A stretch of DNA of 64,000 bases from an uncultured Christensenellaceae bacterium (lineage in GTDB: Bacteria; Bacillota; Clostridia; Christensenellales; UBA3700): NCBI GenBank assembly GCA_944381325.1, contig CALWKS010000001.1, positions 587,636 through 651,635 of the forward strand. The letters run 5' to 3'. The position numbers were made by a program, and so were the translations under genes. Below, piece by piece: positions 8,708-18,401 of this stretch. The notes under the pieces were generated by a model that saw only the letters and a program-made list of their open reading frames with translations, had not been told where the DNA came from and did no database searches. Positions within the stretch are counted from its first letter, which is position 1. Each line of letters opens with the position of its first letter.

Positions 8708-11700
8708 TCAGACAATCTCCCCATCTTGCAATAAAGTCCTGTGCAGGAATTATCGATAAACACAGCGTTTTTGATATCCACGCTTTTTATCAGTCTGCCG
8801 TAACCTCCGCCGCCGAATTTTTTGTCCATCTCTATTCTCCCTGCGCCGGTATTGCTGACCGTCAGCATATCTTTTACAAGCTGTATTTTTTCTTCATAAG
8901 TCATATTGTCATAATATTTTTCAACAATTTCTTCAAGTTTGTCTGCAAACTTAGCATAAAGCGGCATTTTGCTTCTGACAATAAAGTTGTAATGGCTTAT
9001 AAATTCTTTTATCTCCTCGACATACTTCTCTCTGTTCTCTTCCAGAGCGCGCTTATTGCCCTGCTCTATATGGTATAGCATTCTTTCAAATTTCGCATTT
9101 ACATATAGTTCGGTTGCGTTGTTCAACTCTCTTGTGCCGGTAACGTAACACAATTGTCCCTCATTAAGAACAAGCTGATACTTGTGGATTATCTTTAAGA
9201 TTTTTGCGCTGTCTCCATATAAGTCTTTTATATAGTTTTCAACTGCGACTTTATCTGTTTTCTCTTTCCACACAATATATACCGGGATATTGTCAAAGAC
9301 ATACTGCGTCTTTGCCTTCTTGCCACTTCCCTTTATATAAGATATTATCGCAAAATAAGCCGGCTTAACCGATGAATAACCGCCGTATATCTCTGTCGGC
9401 ATAGGCTCTCCGTTCTTGTTTTTTATCGGCATCAGACCTTTCTTGTCGCTTTTCGGGCTGTAAAGCGTTTCATCATAAAACGCTGACTCAGCCATTATCT
9501 TCTTTTTCTTGACGATAATGCAATTGTTCTTTTGCATGGTGTCGAAGATGTTGGAATATCTGGTGCTGTTCCAAAGATATTCACCTTCTTCATCCATTGC
9601 GAACTTATCCATATCCCCGTATTCCATAAGATCGAGTATAATACCGTAACGCTTGTTAACAAGTGTGCGGACATCGTCTTTTGCTTCGCTTGCGTTTCTT
9701 ATATAATATTTGAGATATCTGTTGGATTCTTCCTGTCCCCACAACGGACAAGCAACAGTGGTAAACTGTCCGACTACAGCTGTAAGGTATGCGTCTTTAG
9801 CATGATGGAAATTGTTCATATTCCTCAGCTTATAGAAACCTGCCTTATTCTGCTTTGCATATTTATTTCTGAATTGTTTGTTCATACCTGCCTTCACGCA
9901 CTGTATAACTGCTTCGGGATATCTTCTTTGCAACAGCTTCTTCACTTCTTTTACGATCTGGCTTGTCTCAACCAGCTGACGGTTGATAAAGCCTACGCTG
10001 TCTCTTTCTGTGTATTCAGCCTTTGTAAGATTTGCATATTTCTTACTTCCTATAAACTTTTTATCGTAAAGGAATTTCCAGAATTCACGCATTGATTTCT
10101 GCACGTCGAAATTTAAAGCGAGCGTATCGCTTTTTCTCTGGTTTTCTATCTTCTTGACAAGAACTCTGTTCTCAAAACTGTCATCAACTATGTAAGAACG
10201 CGGCACGATATGGTCGATTTCACATTCACCGATTTGATCAAAACTTATTGTCTCTCCTGAATACATACATCTGCCCAGTTGAATAAGCCAGAGATAAAGC
10301 TTATCGCTGTCAATTTTTCTGTTTTCCTTATTCCTTTCTTTTATCTCATTGTAGCAGTCTTCGCTGAAATACTTATCTCCTTCAACAGTCTTATAAAGTT
10401 CAGAAAGTTTTTTCAGCCTCGAATCAGTCTTTTTCTTTTCTTCTTCAGAAGCAGTGCTTTCTATAAAAATCCTTGAAGGTGCGTTCTTCGCAGTTTTTTC
10501 TATTTCTTCGACTATTTTAAGAGCATTCCATATTCCCTTTTTCACAGCAGGCGAACAGTACAATTCGTCTACGTCATTGTATCTGAAAGCGTCTATTTTT
10601 TCGTCTTCTTTGCTGAAACTGTCGCAAAATCCCAGTTCTTTGTCAAATATGATCTCATTGAAATGTTTATTCGTATCATACATTGTTTCAAGAACGGTCT
10701 TTCCGTTTTTGCCGTACAGTCCGTGAATCACGTATCTTGAATAACTTCCCCATTTCGTATATTTGAGTTTTATAAGAGACTCTACTTGAGCTGATGTAAA
10801 CACGCCGATAGCAGAAATTTTCTTCCTTCGTATTTTAATATCGTCGAATATAGTAAGAATTCTGACAGCCTCTTCGTATTGATTTATATTTTCGACTTTG
10901 AAATCCTCTTTCAGCTTGTTTTTAAAGTCGATAAGCGCGGACATGGAAGACGTTAGTTTGTCTTCAGCAAATCCCTGAATATCGCCGTCTTGCACATCTA
11001 CATTATATTGAGTCCTTAGTGCCGCAGCTATATCCTTGATTTTCACCGTCTTCTTTTTGCAGCACAAATTGAGGAAAATAAACTTTTTCCAGTCGACTGA
11101 AACAGCTTTTTCCTTAAACTTCATCTTGTTTATTTCGTTCAGAGTACAATATGCCTGATAAATTATAGAATTCTTGGGCAATGCATCCTGATCAGGACAA
11201 AGACGGCATTTATTTGTCATTCTGACAATGAAATCTTCTGCCAACGCGTCAGTGTCTACCACATCGTAAAAATTCCAAGGCGTAATTTTTTCATCGATTA
11301 TCTGCTTTGCCCATGAATATTTACCTTTGAGCGTTCCTACATAATAAGGACGTCTGAAAGTAAGCAAAGACATTATTTTTTCTCTGTTTTCAACAAGTTC
11401 AGGATAAAATCTTCCCTGATTATCGAGAATATCCTGCAACTCCTTCTCGTTCATCTGATAAGGTATTGCAGAATTACTTACATCGTTAAGCTTAGGCAAG
11501 AAAGTTTTTTTCTCAATTTCATCAAGACAATATCTTTTCTCTTCACATTCAGGAACGTTTTCAAGCAATTTTTTCAATTCGGCATAAAATTTGTCCTGTC
11601 CGACCTTTTCATTATAACGGACATACTTTGTATTTGTCCCTATGTAATTTACATAATTTGCGCCCTTTTCTCTCCTGAAAAACTTCGAATATGATTTAGG

Positions 11701-12732
11701 AATATAAGTTTTAAAAAGTTTCTTTAGTATTTTCAGATCTGTCTTATGTTTATCGTATTTTTTGATCATTGCAAGGCTTATGCTCTTTTCTCCTTGCATA
11801 ACGTCTTCAAACAGAATCGCGGTATAAATCGCCTTGACTGCAGTAAATAATGACTCTTTATCTCCTGCAATAGATAAATACATATCTTCGTTTTCATCGT
11901 ATTTTGAATCTGAAAACGCAAATGTTATTTCTTTACCGTCCTCTCCCAGCACAGGAGAATCTGACAATATAAGTGCTGTCAATTTTGCCTTGTAGCCCAA
12001 AACCGCACTCGCAAACTCTTTTATAAAATCGCTGTTCTCTACGTCGCTGAACAAAGCCGTCACTGCCCGTTTCTTTTCAGCCTTCGGCATATTCTTGTTT
12101 CTGAGAATGTCTGCAAGACTTTCTGTCTTTCCGACATATCTCATATCGCAGTCAAAATCGTTCAGAAGGATTTCAAACAGATTGTTCAATTCAGGAACAA
12201 GCATTCCCGCGCCGAAATCCAGTTTTTTACCTTCATACAGAAAATTTCCTCTGTATTTCACGATGTGATGTATTGCAAGGTATATTTTTCTGATATCAGC
12301 CTTATCTTCTGTCGTTGCCAGATAATTCCTTAAATGGTATATTGTCCTGGAATTTTCATCGTGATAAAAATCTCTGTCAGTATAATCTCCGTTGAACAGA
12401 TTGTATGCGTTTTTTCTGAAATAGCTGCCTTCTCCGACACTGTAACTGCTTTCTTTCAGCTTGTTGAAAAATTCTGCGTCCTGTTTAAGCACACAATCTG
12501 ACATTAGCTCCTGCAAAAGACGAATCCTTTCCTTTCTTCTCTCGTAACGTCGTCTCTGAGATCTCTTCATTCTTGTCTTTTTCGCCGTTTCGGCATTATC
12601 AAAAAGGAACGCACCCCAGGCGTCTTTATTTTTGATTTTTGCCAATCTGTACTCTTCGTCTATAACTGCCCAACCGACAGAGTTTGTTCCGATATCCAAT
12701 CCGATGCTGTAATTCTTTGTTTTTTTTGCCAT
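8686..12732 (-). CDS. cas9: Cas9 (type II-A, 1348 aa), all nuclease motifs intact
   Basis: RuvC-I YSIGLDIGTNSVGWAVI; Arg-rich bridge helix RSQRRRYERRKERIRLL; RuvC-II IFIESTASE; HNH EIDHIVPRSY...ENRVLVKKIENQRKSD; RuvC-III NNFHHAKDAYL. Confidence 0.97.
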   Translation of the reverse strand: MAKKTKNYSIGLDIGTNSVGWAVIDEEYRLAKIKNKDAWGAFLFDNAETAKKTRMKRSQRRRYERRKERIRLLQELMSDCVLKQDAEFFNKLKESSYSVGEGSYFRKNAYNLFNGDYTDRDFYHDENSRTIYHLRNYLATTEDKADIRKIYLAIHHIVKYRGNFLYEGKKLDFGAGMLVPELNNLFEILLNDFDCDMRYVGKTESLADILRNKNMPKAEKKRAVTALFSDVENSDFIKEFASAVLGYKAKLTALILSDSPVLGEDGKEITFAFSDSKYDENEDMYLSIAGDKESLFTAVKAIYTAILFEDVMQGEKSISLAMIKKYDKHKTDLKILKKLFKTYIPKSYSKFFRREKGANYVNYIGTNTKYVRYNEKVGQDKFYAELKKLLENVPECEEKRYCLDEIEKKTFLPKLNDVSNSAIPYQMNEKELQDILDNQGRFYPELVENREKIMSLLTFRRPYYVGTLKGKYSWAKQIIDEKITPWNFYDVVDTDALAEDFIVRMTNKCRLCPDQDALPKNSIIYQAYCTLNEINKMKFKEKAVSVDWKKFIFLNLCCKKKTVKIKDIAAALRTQYNVDVQDGDIQGFAEDKLTSSMSALIDFKNKLKEDFKVENINQYEEAVRILTIFDDIKIRRKKISAIGVFTSAQVESLIKLKYTKWGSYSRYVIHGLYGKNGKTVLETMYDTNKHFNEIIFDKELGFCDSFSKEDEKIDAFRYNDVDELYCSPAVKKGIWNALKIVEEIEKTAKNAPSRIFIESTASEEEKKKTDSRLKKLSELYKTVEGDKYFSEDCYNEIKERNKENRKIDSDKLYLWLIQLGRCMYSGETISFDQIGECEIDHIVPRSYIVDDSFENRVLVKKIENQRKSDTLALNFDVQKSMREFWKFLYDKKFIGSKKYANLTKAEYTERDSVGFINRQLVETSQIVKEVKKLLQRRYPEAVIQCVKAGMNKQFRNKYAKQNKAGFYKLRNMNNFHHAKDAYLTAVVGQFTTVACPLWGQEESNRYLKYYIRNASEAKDDVRTLVNKRYGIILDLMEYGDMDKFAMDEEGEYLWNSTRYSNIFDTMQKNNCIIVKKKKIMAESAFYDETLYSPKSDKKGLMPIKNKNGEPMPTEIYGGYSSVKPAYFAIISYIKGSGKKAKTQYVFDNIPVYIVWKEKTDKVAVENYIKDLYGDSAKILKIIHKYQLVLNEGQLCYVTGTRELNNATELYVNAKFERMLYHIEQGNKRALEENREKYVEEIKEFISHYNFIVRSKMPLYAKFADKLEEIVEKYYDNMTYEEKIQLVKDMLTVSNTGAGRIEMDKKFGGGGYGRLIKSVDIKNAVFIDNSCTGLYCKMGRLSDWAGEVL

Positions 12733-12738
12733 AATGTA

Positions 12739-12767
12739 TTGACTTTCCTCCCTTCCTGCGTTAATAT
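12739..12767 (+). promoter_or_regulatory. Candidate sigma-A promoter of the tracrRNA (TTGACT-17-TAATAT)
   Basis: -35 TTGACT at 12739-12744, 17-nt spacer, -10 TAATAT at 12762-12767. The predicted start (~12774) coincides with the first anti-repeat nucleotide. It overlaps the cas9 RBS on the other strand. Confidence 0.6.
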
Positions 12768-12773
12768 ATTAGT

Positions 12774-12862
12774 GTAAACGTTTGAATTTACACTGTGAGT
12801 TAAAATAAATGTTACACTAACAGCCTGTTTTCAGGTAGCTGCCGCAAGGCGGCTCTTTTTTT
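12774..12862 (+). ncRNA. tracrRNA: tracrRNA (~89 nt), divergent from cas9
   Basis: Anti-repeat GTAAACGTTTGAATTTACACTGTGAGTTAAAAT (12774-12806) pairs with ~28 of the first 31 repeat nt, with a bulge near the 5' end of the repeat. It is followed by AAGTTAAAATAA-like nexus context, small hairpins TGTT/AACA and CCTG/CAGG, then terminator AGCTGCC-GCAA-GGCGGCT plus T7. Confidence 0.85.
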
Positions 12863-12934
12863 ATGTGTTCATTATAATAAAATAAAGTTGACAACTGTGT
12901 GTCATATTTTATTTTTTATAGCGATTTCTTTTAT

Positions 12935-12963
12935 ATTATAACATTTGTTTAATGCCGTTTCAA
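12935..12963 (-). promoter_or_regulatory. Near-consensus minus-strand promoter (TTGAAA-17-TATAAT with TG at -15/-14), best candidate for the cas operon promoter
   Basis: Minus-strand reading TTGAAACGGCATTAAACAAATGTTATAAT. The next minus-strand gene is cas9. The transcript would cross the tracrRNA gene in antisense. Confidence 0.5.
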
Positions 12964-13048
12964 TACTCATTGCAAAACAACATAAAAAAATCCGACCTTT
13001 TCAGATCGGATTTCTAAACTCGTTTGATTTTAAGTTTTGTTCTTGAGC

Positions 13049-14545
13049 TTACTTGTTCGCAGCCTGCTTGCAGTATTCGACGACTTTGTCGGCGATCTTG
13101 ATGCGGTCGATAACTTCTTCGAAGCGGACAGGTCTTTCCTTGAGTCCGTTGAGCGGCTCAGGCACTTCTTCGCCCGTCTCTTCATTGAGCTTTTCTGTAG
13201 CTTCGAAAGCGTCTTCTATTCTGTTGCCGCTTACGGCTTCGTATACGTCCGCGGGGAACTTATACGCGTTTGCTGTAGAAACAACGACTGTCGGGGTTTC
13301 GTCTCCCGTCTCGTCGGCATAATCGCAATATACGTCGTAAGCAACCGCAGTGTGCGTGTCCATAAGATAACCGAACTCGTCCATAGCGAAAGCTATCGTG
13401 TCCTTTGTGTCTTCATCGTCAGCATATCCCACCGAGAACAGAGACTTGAGCGTCTTGAGTTCTTCAATGCTTACAGAATATTTTCCCACAGTCTTCAGAG
13501 CTTTCATTCTCTCTGCGGTAAGTTTATCGTCTCTGCCGCTGACCTCGAAAAGCAATCTTTCGAGATTGGAAGAAATCAGGATATCCATTGACGGAGAAAT
13601 CGTCTTGTGGAACTCTCTGTTGATATCGTAAGTGCCCGTCTTGAAGAAATCGGTCAGCACGTGGTTGACGTTGGACGCGCAGATAAGTCTGTTCACTCCT
13701 ACGCCCATCTTCATAGCGTAATATGCCGCGAGGATATTGCCGAAGTTGCCGCTGGGCACGCAGAAGTTGACTTTATCGCCGTACTCGATCTTGCCCGATT
13801 CGATAAGATCGCAGTAAGCGGATACGTAATAAGCTATCTGCGGAGCAAGTCTGCCCCAGTTGATAGAGTTTGCTGAAGAAAGCTTGAAGCCGTTGGCATG
13901 AATTTCTTCATTGATCTTTTCGTCGGCGAAAATGTTCTTTACGGCATTCTGCGTATCGTCGAAATTGCCCTCGATAGCGCATACGCATACGTTGTCGCCC
14001 GTCTGGGTCTTCATCTGCAGTTTCTGCATATCGGATACGCCCTTTGACGGATAGAAAACGATAATATTCGTGCCTTCGACGTCTTTGAATCCTTCCAGCG
14101 CCGCCTTGCCAGTATCGCCCGAAGTTGCAACCATGATAAGGGTTTTATCCTTCTCTCCAACCTTTTTGCGTGCCGCGCTGAGAAGATGCGGAAGCATGGT
14201 AAGCGCCATATCCTTGAACGCGCAGGTAGGACCGTGCCACAGTTCAAGCACATAAACGCCCTCGTCTATATTCACGAGCGGACAGGGATCGTCGCCGTAA
14301 AAACGCGAATACGCTTTTGTCGTATAATCGAGCAGTTCTTCAAAAGTGTAATCGCTGAGCAAAAGCGAGAGGACGCGTGCCGCTCTTGTCGGATAGTCCT
14401 CTTTCGCCAGACTTAAAAAATCTTCTTTGGTGAGCCTCGGGAGTCTTTCGGGGACATAAAGTCCGCCGTCCGGCGCGAGACCTCTTACGATGGCCTCGGC
14501 ACCGCTGCATTTCTCGCTTTTATTGCGAGTGCTGATATAGTTCAT
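13049..14545 (-). CDS. thrC: Threonine synthase
   Basis: 498 aa. N-terminus MNYISTRNK...GLAPDGGLYVPE and PLP-lysine context CAFKDMAL are typical of long-form ThrC. Confidence 0.92.
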   Translation of the reverse strand: MNYISTRNKSEKCSGAEAIVRGLAPDGGLYVPERLPRLTKEDFLSLAKEDYPTRAARVLSLLLSDYTFEELLDYTTKAYSRFYGDDPCPLVNIDEGVYVLELWHGPTCAFKDMALTMLPHLLSAARKKVGEKDKTLIMVATSGDTGKAALEGFKDVEGTNIIVFYPSKGVSDMQKLQMKTQTGDNVCVCAIEGNFDDTQNAVKNIFADEKINEEIHANGFKLSSANSINWGRLAPQIAYYVSAYCDLIESGKIEYGDKVNFCVPSGNFGNILAAYYAMKMGVGVNRLICASNVNHVLTDFFKTGTYDINREFHKTISPSMDILISSNLERLLFEVSGRDDKLTAERMKALKTVGKYSVSIEELKTLKSLFSVGYADDEDTKDTIAFAMDEFGYLMDTHTAVAYDVYCDYADETGDETPTVVVSTANAYKFPADVYEAVSGNRIEDAFEATEKLNEETGEEVPEPLNGLKERPVRFEEVIDRIKIADKVVEYCKQAANK

Positions 14546-14554
14546 TTTATCTCC

Positions 14555-14971
14555 TCAGATAATCTTGTATTTCAAAAGAAAATCAGGTAACTCCTCTGCG
14601 TCAGCGCTAACCGTTACGGTAACCGAGATCGCAAACTTATCTGCAATTCTACCCAGTTCGCCGTAGAATTTCTGCATTTTGTCAGGACCTGTGCCCGCAA
14701 TTCTCGAAGCGCCGTCTATGTAAAGATTGGTAAGGTCGCTTCTGCTTGCCGCTATGCCGCATACGAATGCGAGAAGCGCGTCTTCACCCTTTACTACGGG
14801 ATATTCCGTTACGTCGATCAGCTTTACGTTGCGGTCGACGTCGTACATATACCTTTCGGTATCGGTTACGAAAATGCTGTCGCCCTTGGCGGTTTTGACG
14901 TCGGCGTTAGCCTTCTCGATAATACGGGTGGTCTTGCCCGAGCCTTTGCTTCCGCAAATCAGATTTACCAT
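14555..14971 (-). CDS. Small P-loop NTPase of unknown function
   Basis: 138 aa with Walker A GSKGSGKT. No further family assignment is possible by eye. Confidence 0.6.
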   Translation of the reverse strand: MVNLICGSKGSGKTTRIIEKANADVKTAKGDSIFVTDTERYMYDVDRNVKLIDVTEYPVVKGEDALLAFVCGIAASRSDLTNLYIDGASRIAGTGPDKMQKFYGELGRIADKFAISVTVTVSADAEELPDFLLKYKII

Positions 14972-15063
14972 AATTTGCCCTCCGTTTCGTTTATAACTAT
15001 ATTTTAAACTAAAGCAGAGAGGATTTCAATAGCTTTTACGAAAAATATACCTCAAGCGTTCTC

Positions 15064-16455
15064 TCAGTACGTCTTGATAACGAGTTTCTTATGCAACTGA
15101 GGCGAAAGAGACATTATGATAGAGTCAAGTTCGTCGTCGCCCATATAAGTCGTTCTGCCGCCTTCGTACTGTTTGTCGATGACCTCTTTTACCTTTACGA
15201 CGATATCGTCACGCTTATCGACCTTATGTCCTTCGGGAAGCGCATAGAAACCGTTCATCCAGTAAGCGATACCTGCAAGTCCGCTGTGAGCGTCTACCGA
15301 TACGAGCGGCGGTTTGCCGAGAAGTTTTTCGGTATTGAAGATATTGTAGATCTCCTCGTCCTTAAGCAGTCCGTCTGCGTGAACACCCGCTCTCGTGGTG
15401 TTGAATGACTTGCCTACGAACGGAGTCTGCGGCGGAATTATGTAACCGAGTTCGTCCTCGAAATATTTTGCAATTTCAGTGATCGCCCTGAAGTCTATGC
15501 CGTCGTCAGTGCCCTTCAATGAAGCGTATTCTATCATCATCGCTTCGAGGGGGCAGTTGCCCGTTCTCTCGCCTATACCGAGGAGCGAACAGTTTACTGA
15601 AGAACAGCCGTACAGCCATGCTGTGGTAGCGTTGGTAACGACCTTGTAGAAGTCGTTGTGTCCGTGCCACTCAAGCAGTTCGCTGGGGACTTCAGCGTAA
15701 TATTTAAGACCGCTTATGATGCCGGGAACGCTTCTCGGAAGAGTTACGCCGGGATAGGACAAGCCGTATCCGAGAGTGTCGCAGGCTCTTATCTTTATAT
15801 CAACGCCGCTTTCCTTGCGCAGTTTCATAAGCTCATAAGCAAACGGAGCGACGAAGCCGTAGAAGTCAGCCCTCGTGATATCTTCGAAATGGCAACGGGG
15901 AACGATGCCCTTGTCGAGAGCCATTTTGACGATGTTCAGGTACTTTTCAGCCGCCTGCTTACGGGTCATATTCATCTTCTTGAAGATGTGGTAATCCGAG
16001 CAACTTACAAGAATACCCGTCTCTTTTATGCCCATTTCCTTGACAAGCTCGAAGTCCTTTTCGTTGGCGCGAATCCAGCTGGTAACTTCAGGAAAATCGT
16101 AGCCCAGTTCCATACATTTTCTGACGGCTTCTCTGTCCTTTTCAGAATAAAGGAAGAACTCACTCTGTCTTACCAGACCTTTCTTGCCGCCCAGTTTATG
16201 CAGAAGTTTGTAAATATTGACTATCTGCTCGACCGTAAAAGGGGACGTGGACTGCTGACCGTCGCGGAATGTCGTATCGGTGATCCATATCTCTTCGGGC
16301 ATATCCATAGGGGTCTGTCTGAAGTTGAACGCGACTTTAGGAACGGTGTCGTAGTCGAAAAGGTCGCGGAAAAGGTTGGGCTGCTCCACGTCCTGAAGGA
16401 AGGGGTGCCAGTTGCTCTCGATCAACAAATTCTTGTCTTTATTGTACTTGATCAT
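15064..16455 (-). CDS. LeuA/NifV (DRE-TIM, HMGL-like) family acyl-CoA-condensing enzyme; possibly Re-citrate or homocitrate synthase type
   Basis: 463 aa. ITDTTFRDGQQS motif at the start of the TIM barrel, then HGHNDF. It is shorter than LeuA and lacks its regulatory domain. Confidence 0.7.
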   Translation of the reverse strand: MIKYNKDKNLLIESNWHPFLQDVEQPNLFRDLFDYDTVPKVAFNFRQTPMDMPEEIWITDTTFRDGQQSTSPFTVEQIVNIYKLLHKLGGKKGLVRQSEFFLYSEKDREAVRKCMELGYDFPEVTSWIRANEKDFELVKEMGIKETGILVSCSDYHIFKKMNMTRKQAAEKYLNIVKMALDKGIVPRCHFEDITRADFYGFVAPFAYELMKLRKESGVDIKIRACDTLGYGLSYPGVTLPRSVPGIISGLKYYAEVPSELLEWHGHNDFYKVVTNATTAWLYGCSSVNCSLLGIGERTGNCPLEAMMIEYASLKGTDDGIDFRAITEIAKYFEDELGYIIPPQTPFVGKSFNTTRAGVHADGLLKDEEIYNIFNTEKLLGKPPLVSVDAHSGLAGIAYWMNGFYALPEGHKVDKRDDIVVKVKEVIDKQYEGGRTTYMGDDELDSIIMSLSPQLHKKLVIKTY

Positions 16456-16519
16456 CTCATTCTCCTCTGATCCTGTCTGATCTTAAATTGGTATCAATTA
16501 AAGCCGCCTTTAAGCCGAA

Positions 16520-17587
16520 TTATTCGCCTGAAGACAACATTTCGTTTCTGTTAGCAAGTGCCAGAGCGTCCAGCATCTCGAACAGATCTCCGTCCAGGAA
16601 AGCCTCCAAAGAATAGAGCGTAAGCCCTATGCGGTGGTCTGTAACTCTTCCCTGCGGGAAATTGTAAGTGCGGATACGCTCCGAGCGGTCTCCCGTACCC
16701 ACCAGCATCTTACGGCTGGATGCGTACTCTTTTTCCTGTTGCGTGCGGTAATAGTCGTACACACGCGATTTAAGCACCTTCATTGCGCTTTCCTTATTCT
16801 TGCCCTGAGACTTTTCGTCCTGGCAGGTAACGACAATGCCCGTAGGCAGATGGGTTATTCTGATCGCGGATTCAGTCTTGTTCACGTACTGACCGCCAGC
16901 GCCGCCAGCACGGTATGCGTCTATCTTAAGGTCCTTTTCAAGGATTTCAACCTCAACATCTTCCGCTTCAGGCAATACAGCCACGGTAACCGTGGACGTG
17001 TGTATTCTGCCCTGAGATTCGGTCTCAGGAACTCTCTGCACGCGATGCACTCCGCTTTCGAACTTGAGTCTGCTGTAAGCGCCGTGTCCAGTTATCATGA
17101 ATACGGCTTCCTTTATTCCGCCGAGGTCATTGGCATTCACGTCGATTTCCTTCACCTTCCAGCGATTGCGCTCTGCAAATCTCTCATACATTCTTACGAG
17201 TTCAGCGCCGAAAAGCCCCGCTTCGTCTCCGCCTGCGCCCGCTCTGATCTCAACGATAACGTTCTTGTCGTCGTCAGGGTCTTTGGGAAGAAGGGCGATC
17301 TTTATCTGCTCTGTCAGCTCTTCTTTTTTCTTCTGAGCTGAAGACAGTTCCTCTTTTGCAAGAGCTACCATCTCCTTGTCAGAGCCGTCGTCTATGATTT
17401 CTCTGCACTCTGATATCGTGGACTCGTTGGCTTGGTATTCGCCGTAAAGATTTACGGGTTCTTCCAGCCCCGATCTTTCTTTTACAAGTTTCTGCCACGT
17501 AGCGGTATCGGCAATAACCGAGGGATCGGAGATCTTCTCAGTCAGTTCGTCAAATCTTTTTTTCATATTTTCGAGTTTATCGAACAC
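16520..17587 (-). CDS. prfA: Peptide chain release factor 1
   Basis: 355 aa with the GGQ motif ([25 protein letters not shown]) and a PxT-type region ([14 protein letters not shown]). Confidence 0.95.
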   Translation of the reverse strand: MFDKLENMKKRFDELTEKISDPSVIADTATWQKLVKERSGLEEPVNLYGEYQANESTISECREIIDDGSDKEMVALAKEELSSAQKKKEELTEQIKIALLPKDPDDDKNVIVEIRAGAGGDEAGLFGAELVRMYERFAERNRWKVKEIDVNANDLGGIKEAVFMITGHGAYSRLKFESGVHRVQRVPETESQGRIHTSTVTVAVLPEAEDVEVEILEKDLKIDAYRAGGAGGQYVNKTESAIRITHLPTGIVVTCQDEKSQGKNKESAMKVLKSRVYDYYRTQQEKEYASSRKMLVGTGDRSERIRTYNFPQGRVTDHRIGLTLYSLEAFLDGDLFEMLDALALANRNEMLSSGE

Positions 17588-18401
17588 TTTTCTTTACCGC
17601 CTTTACTATTCTTTCTATGCCCTGAAGGTCGTTGACTATAGCGCAGTCAAAACCTGAAAGCATTTTTATTATATCTCTTGCCTGACCTTGTCCGCACTCG
17701 AGCATGAGCGCGCCGCCGTCTTTCAGATATTTATCGGCATTTGCCGCGATTATTCTGTAAAAATCCAGTCCGTCCTCTCCGCCGTCAAGCGCAAGTCTCG
17801 GTTCAAAATCCTTTACCTCTCTGTCAAGCCCTTCGATATCCTTTGAAGGTATATAAGGAGGATTGGACACTATCAGGTCGAACTTTCCACTGACACCGTC
17901 AAACGCATCAGACAACACAAATTCTATTTCCGCGTTATGCTTCTCAGCGTTTTTCTTTGCAGTTTCAAGTGCCTTTTCAGATATGTCAGACGCGCATATC
18001 TCAGCTTTTGAAAAAACACTGAGCGCTATCGCAATACAGCCGCTGCCCGTACACAGGTCAAGCGCGCGCGCATTCTTTTTATCCTTTAAGAACAATATAG
18101 CCTGCTCAGCAAGAAGTTCTGTTTCCGGTCTCGGACATAGCACGTTTTCGTTTACGCTTATTTCCAGCCCGAGAAATTCAGTATATCCGAGCACCTGAGA
18201 AAGAGATCTGCCCGTAGCTCGCTCTTTCGCTATCTTGAGCATAGCGGAGAATTCGTCGTCAGATATTTCTTTTTTCAACCTCAGCGCCGCTCTTCCGCAT
18301 TTCAGCACGTAGCACGCTATCCAGTCAGGCTCACTGCCGTCCGCGTCGGTATCTCTGATAATTTCTTTCAGACTCTCAAGCGCCTGCCTTAATGCTGTCA
18401 C
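17577..18401 (-). CDS. prmC: Release-factor glutamine N5-methyltransferase
   Basis: 274 aa with SAM motif [11 protein letters not shown] and NPPY. It overlaps prfA by 11 nt. Confidence 0.9.
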   Translation of the reverse strand: MTALRQALESLKEIIRDTDADGSEPDWIACYVLKCGRAALRLKKEISDDEFSAMLKIAKERATGRSLSQVLGYTEFLGLEISVNENVLCPRPETELLAEQAILFLKDKKNARALDLCTGSGCIAIALSVFSKAEICASDISEKALETAKKNAEKHNAEIEFVLSDAFDGVSGKFDLIVSNPPYIPSKDIEGLDREVKDFEPRLALDGGEDGLDFYRIIAANADKYLKDGGALMLECGQGQARDIIKMLSGFDCAIVNDLQGIERIVKAVKKSVR

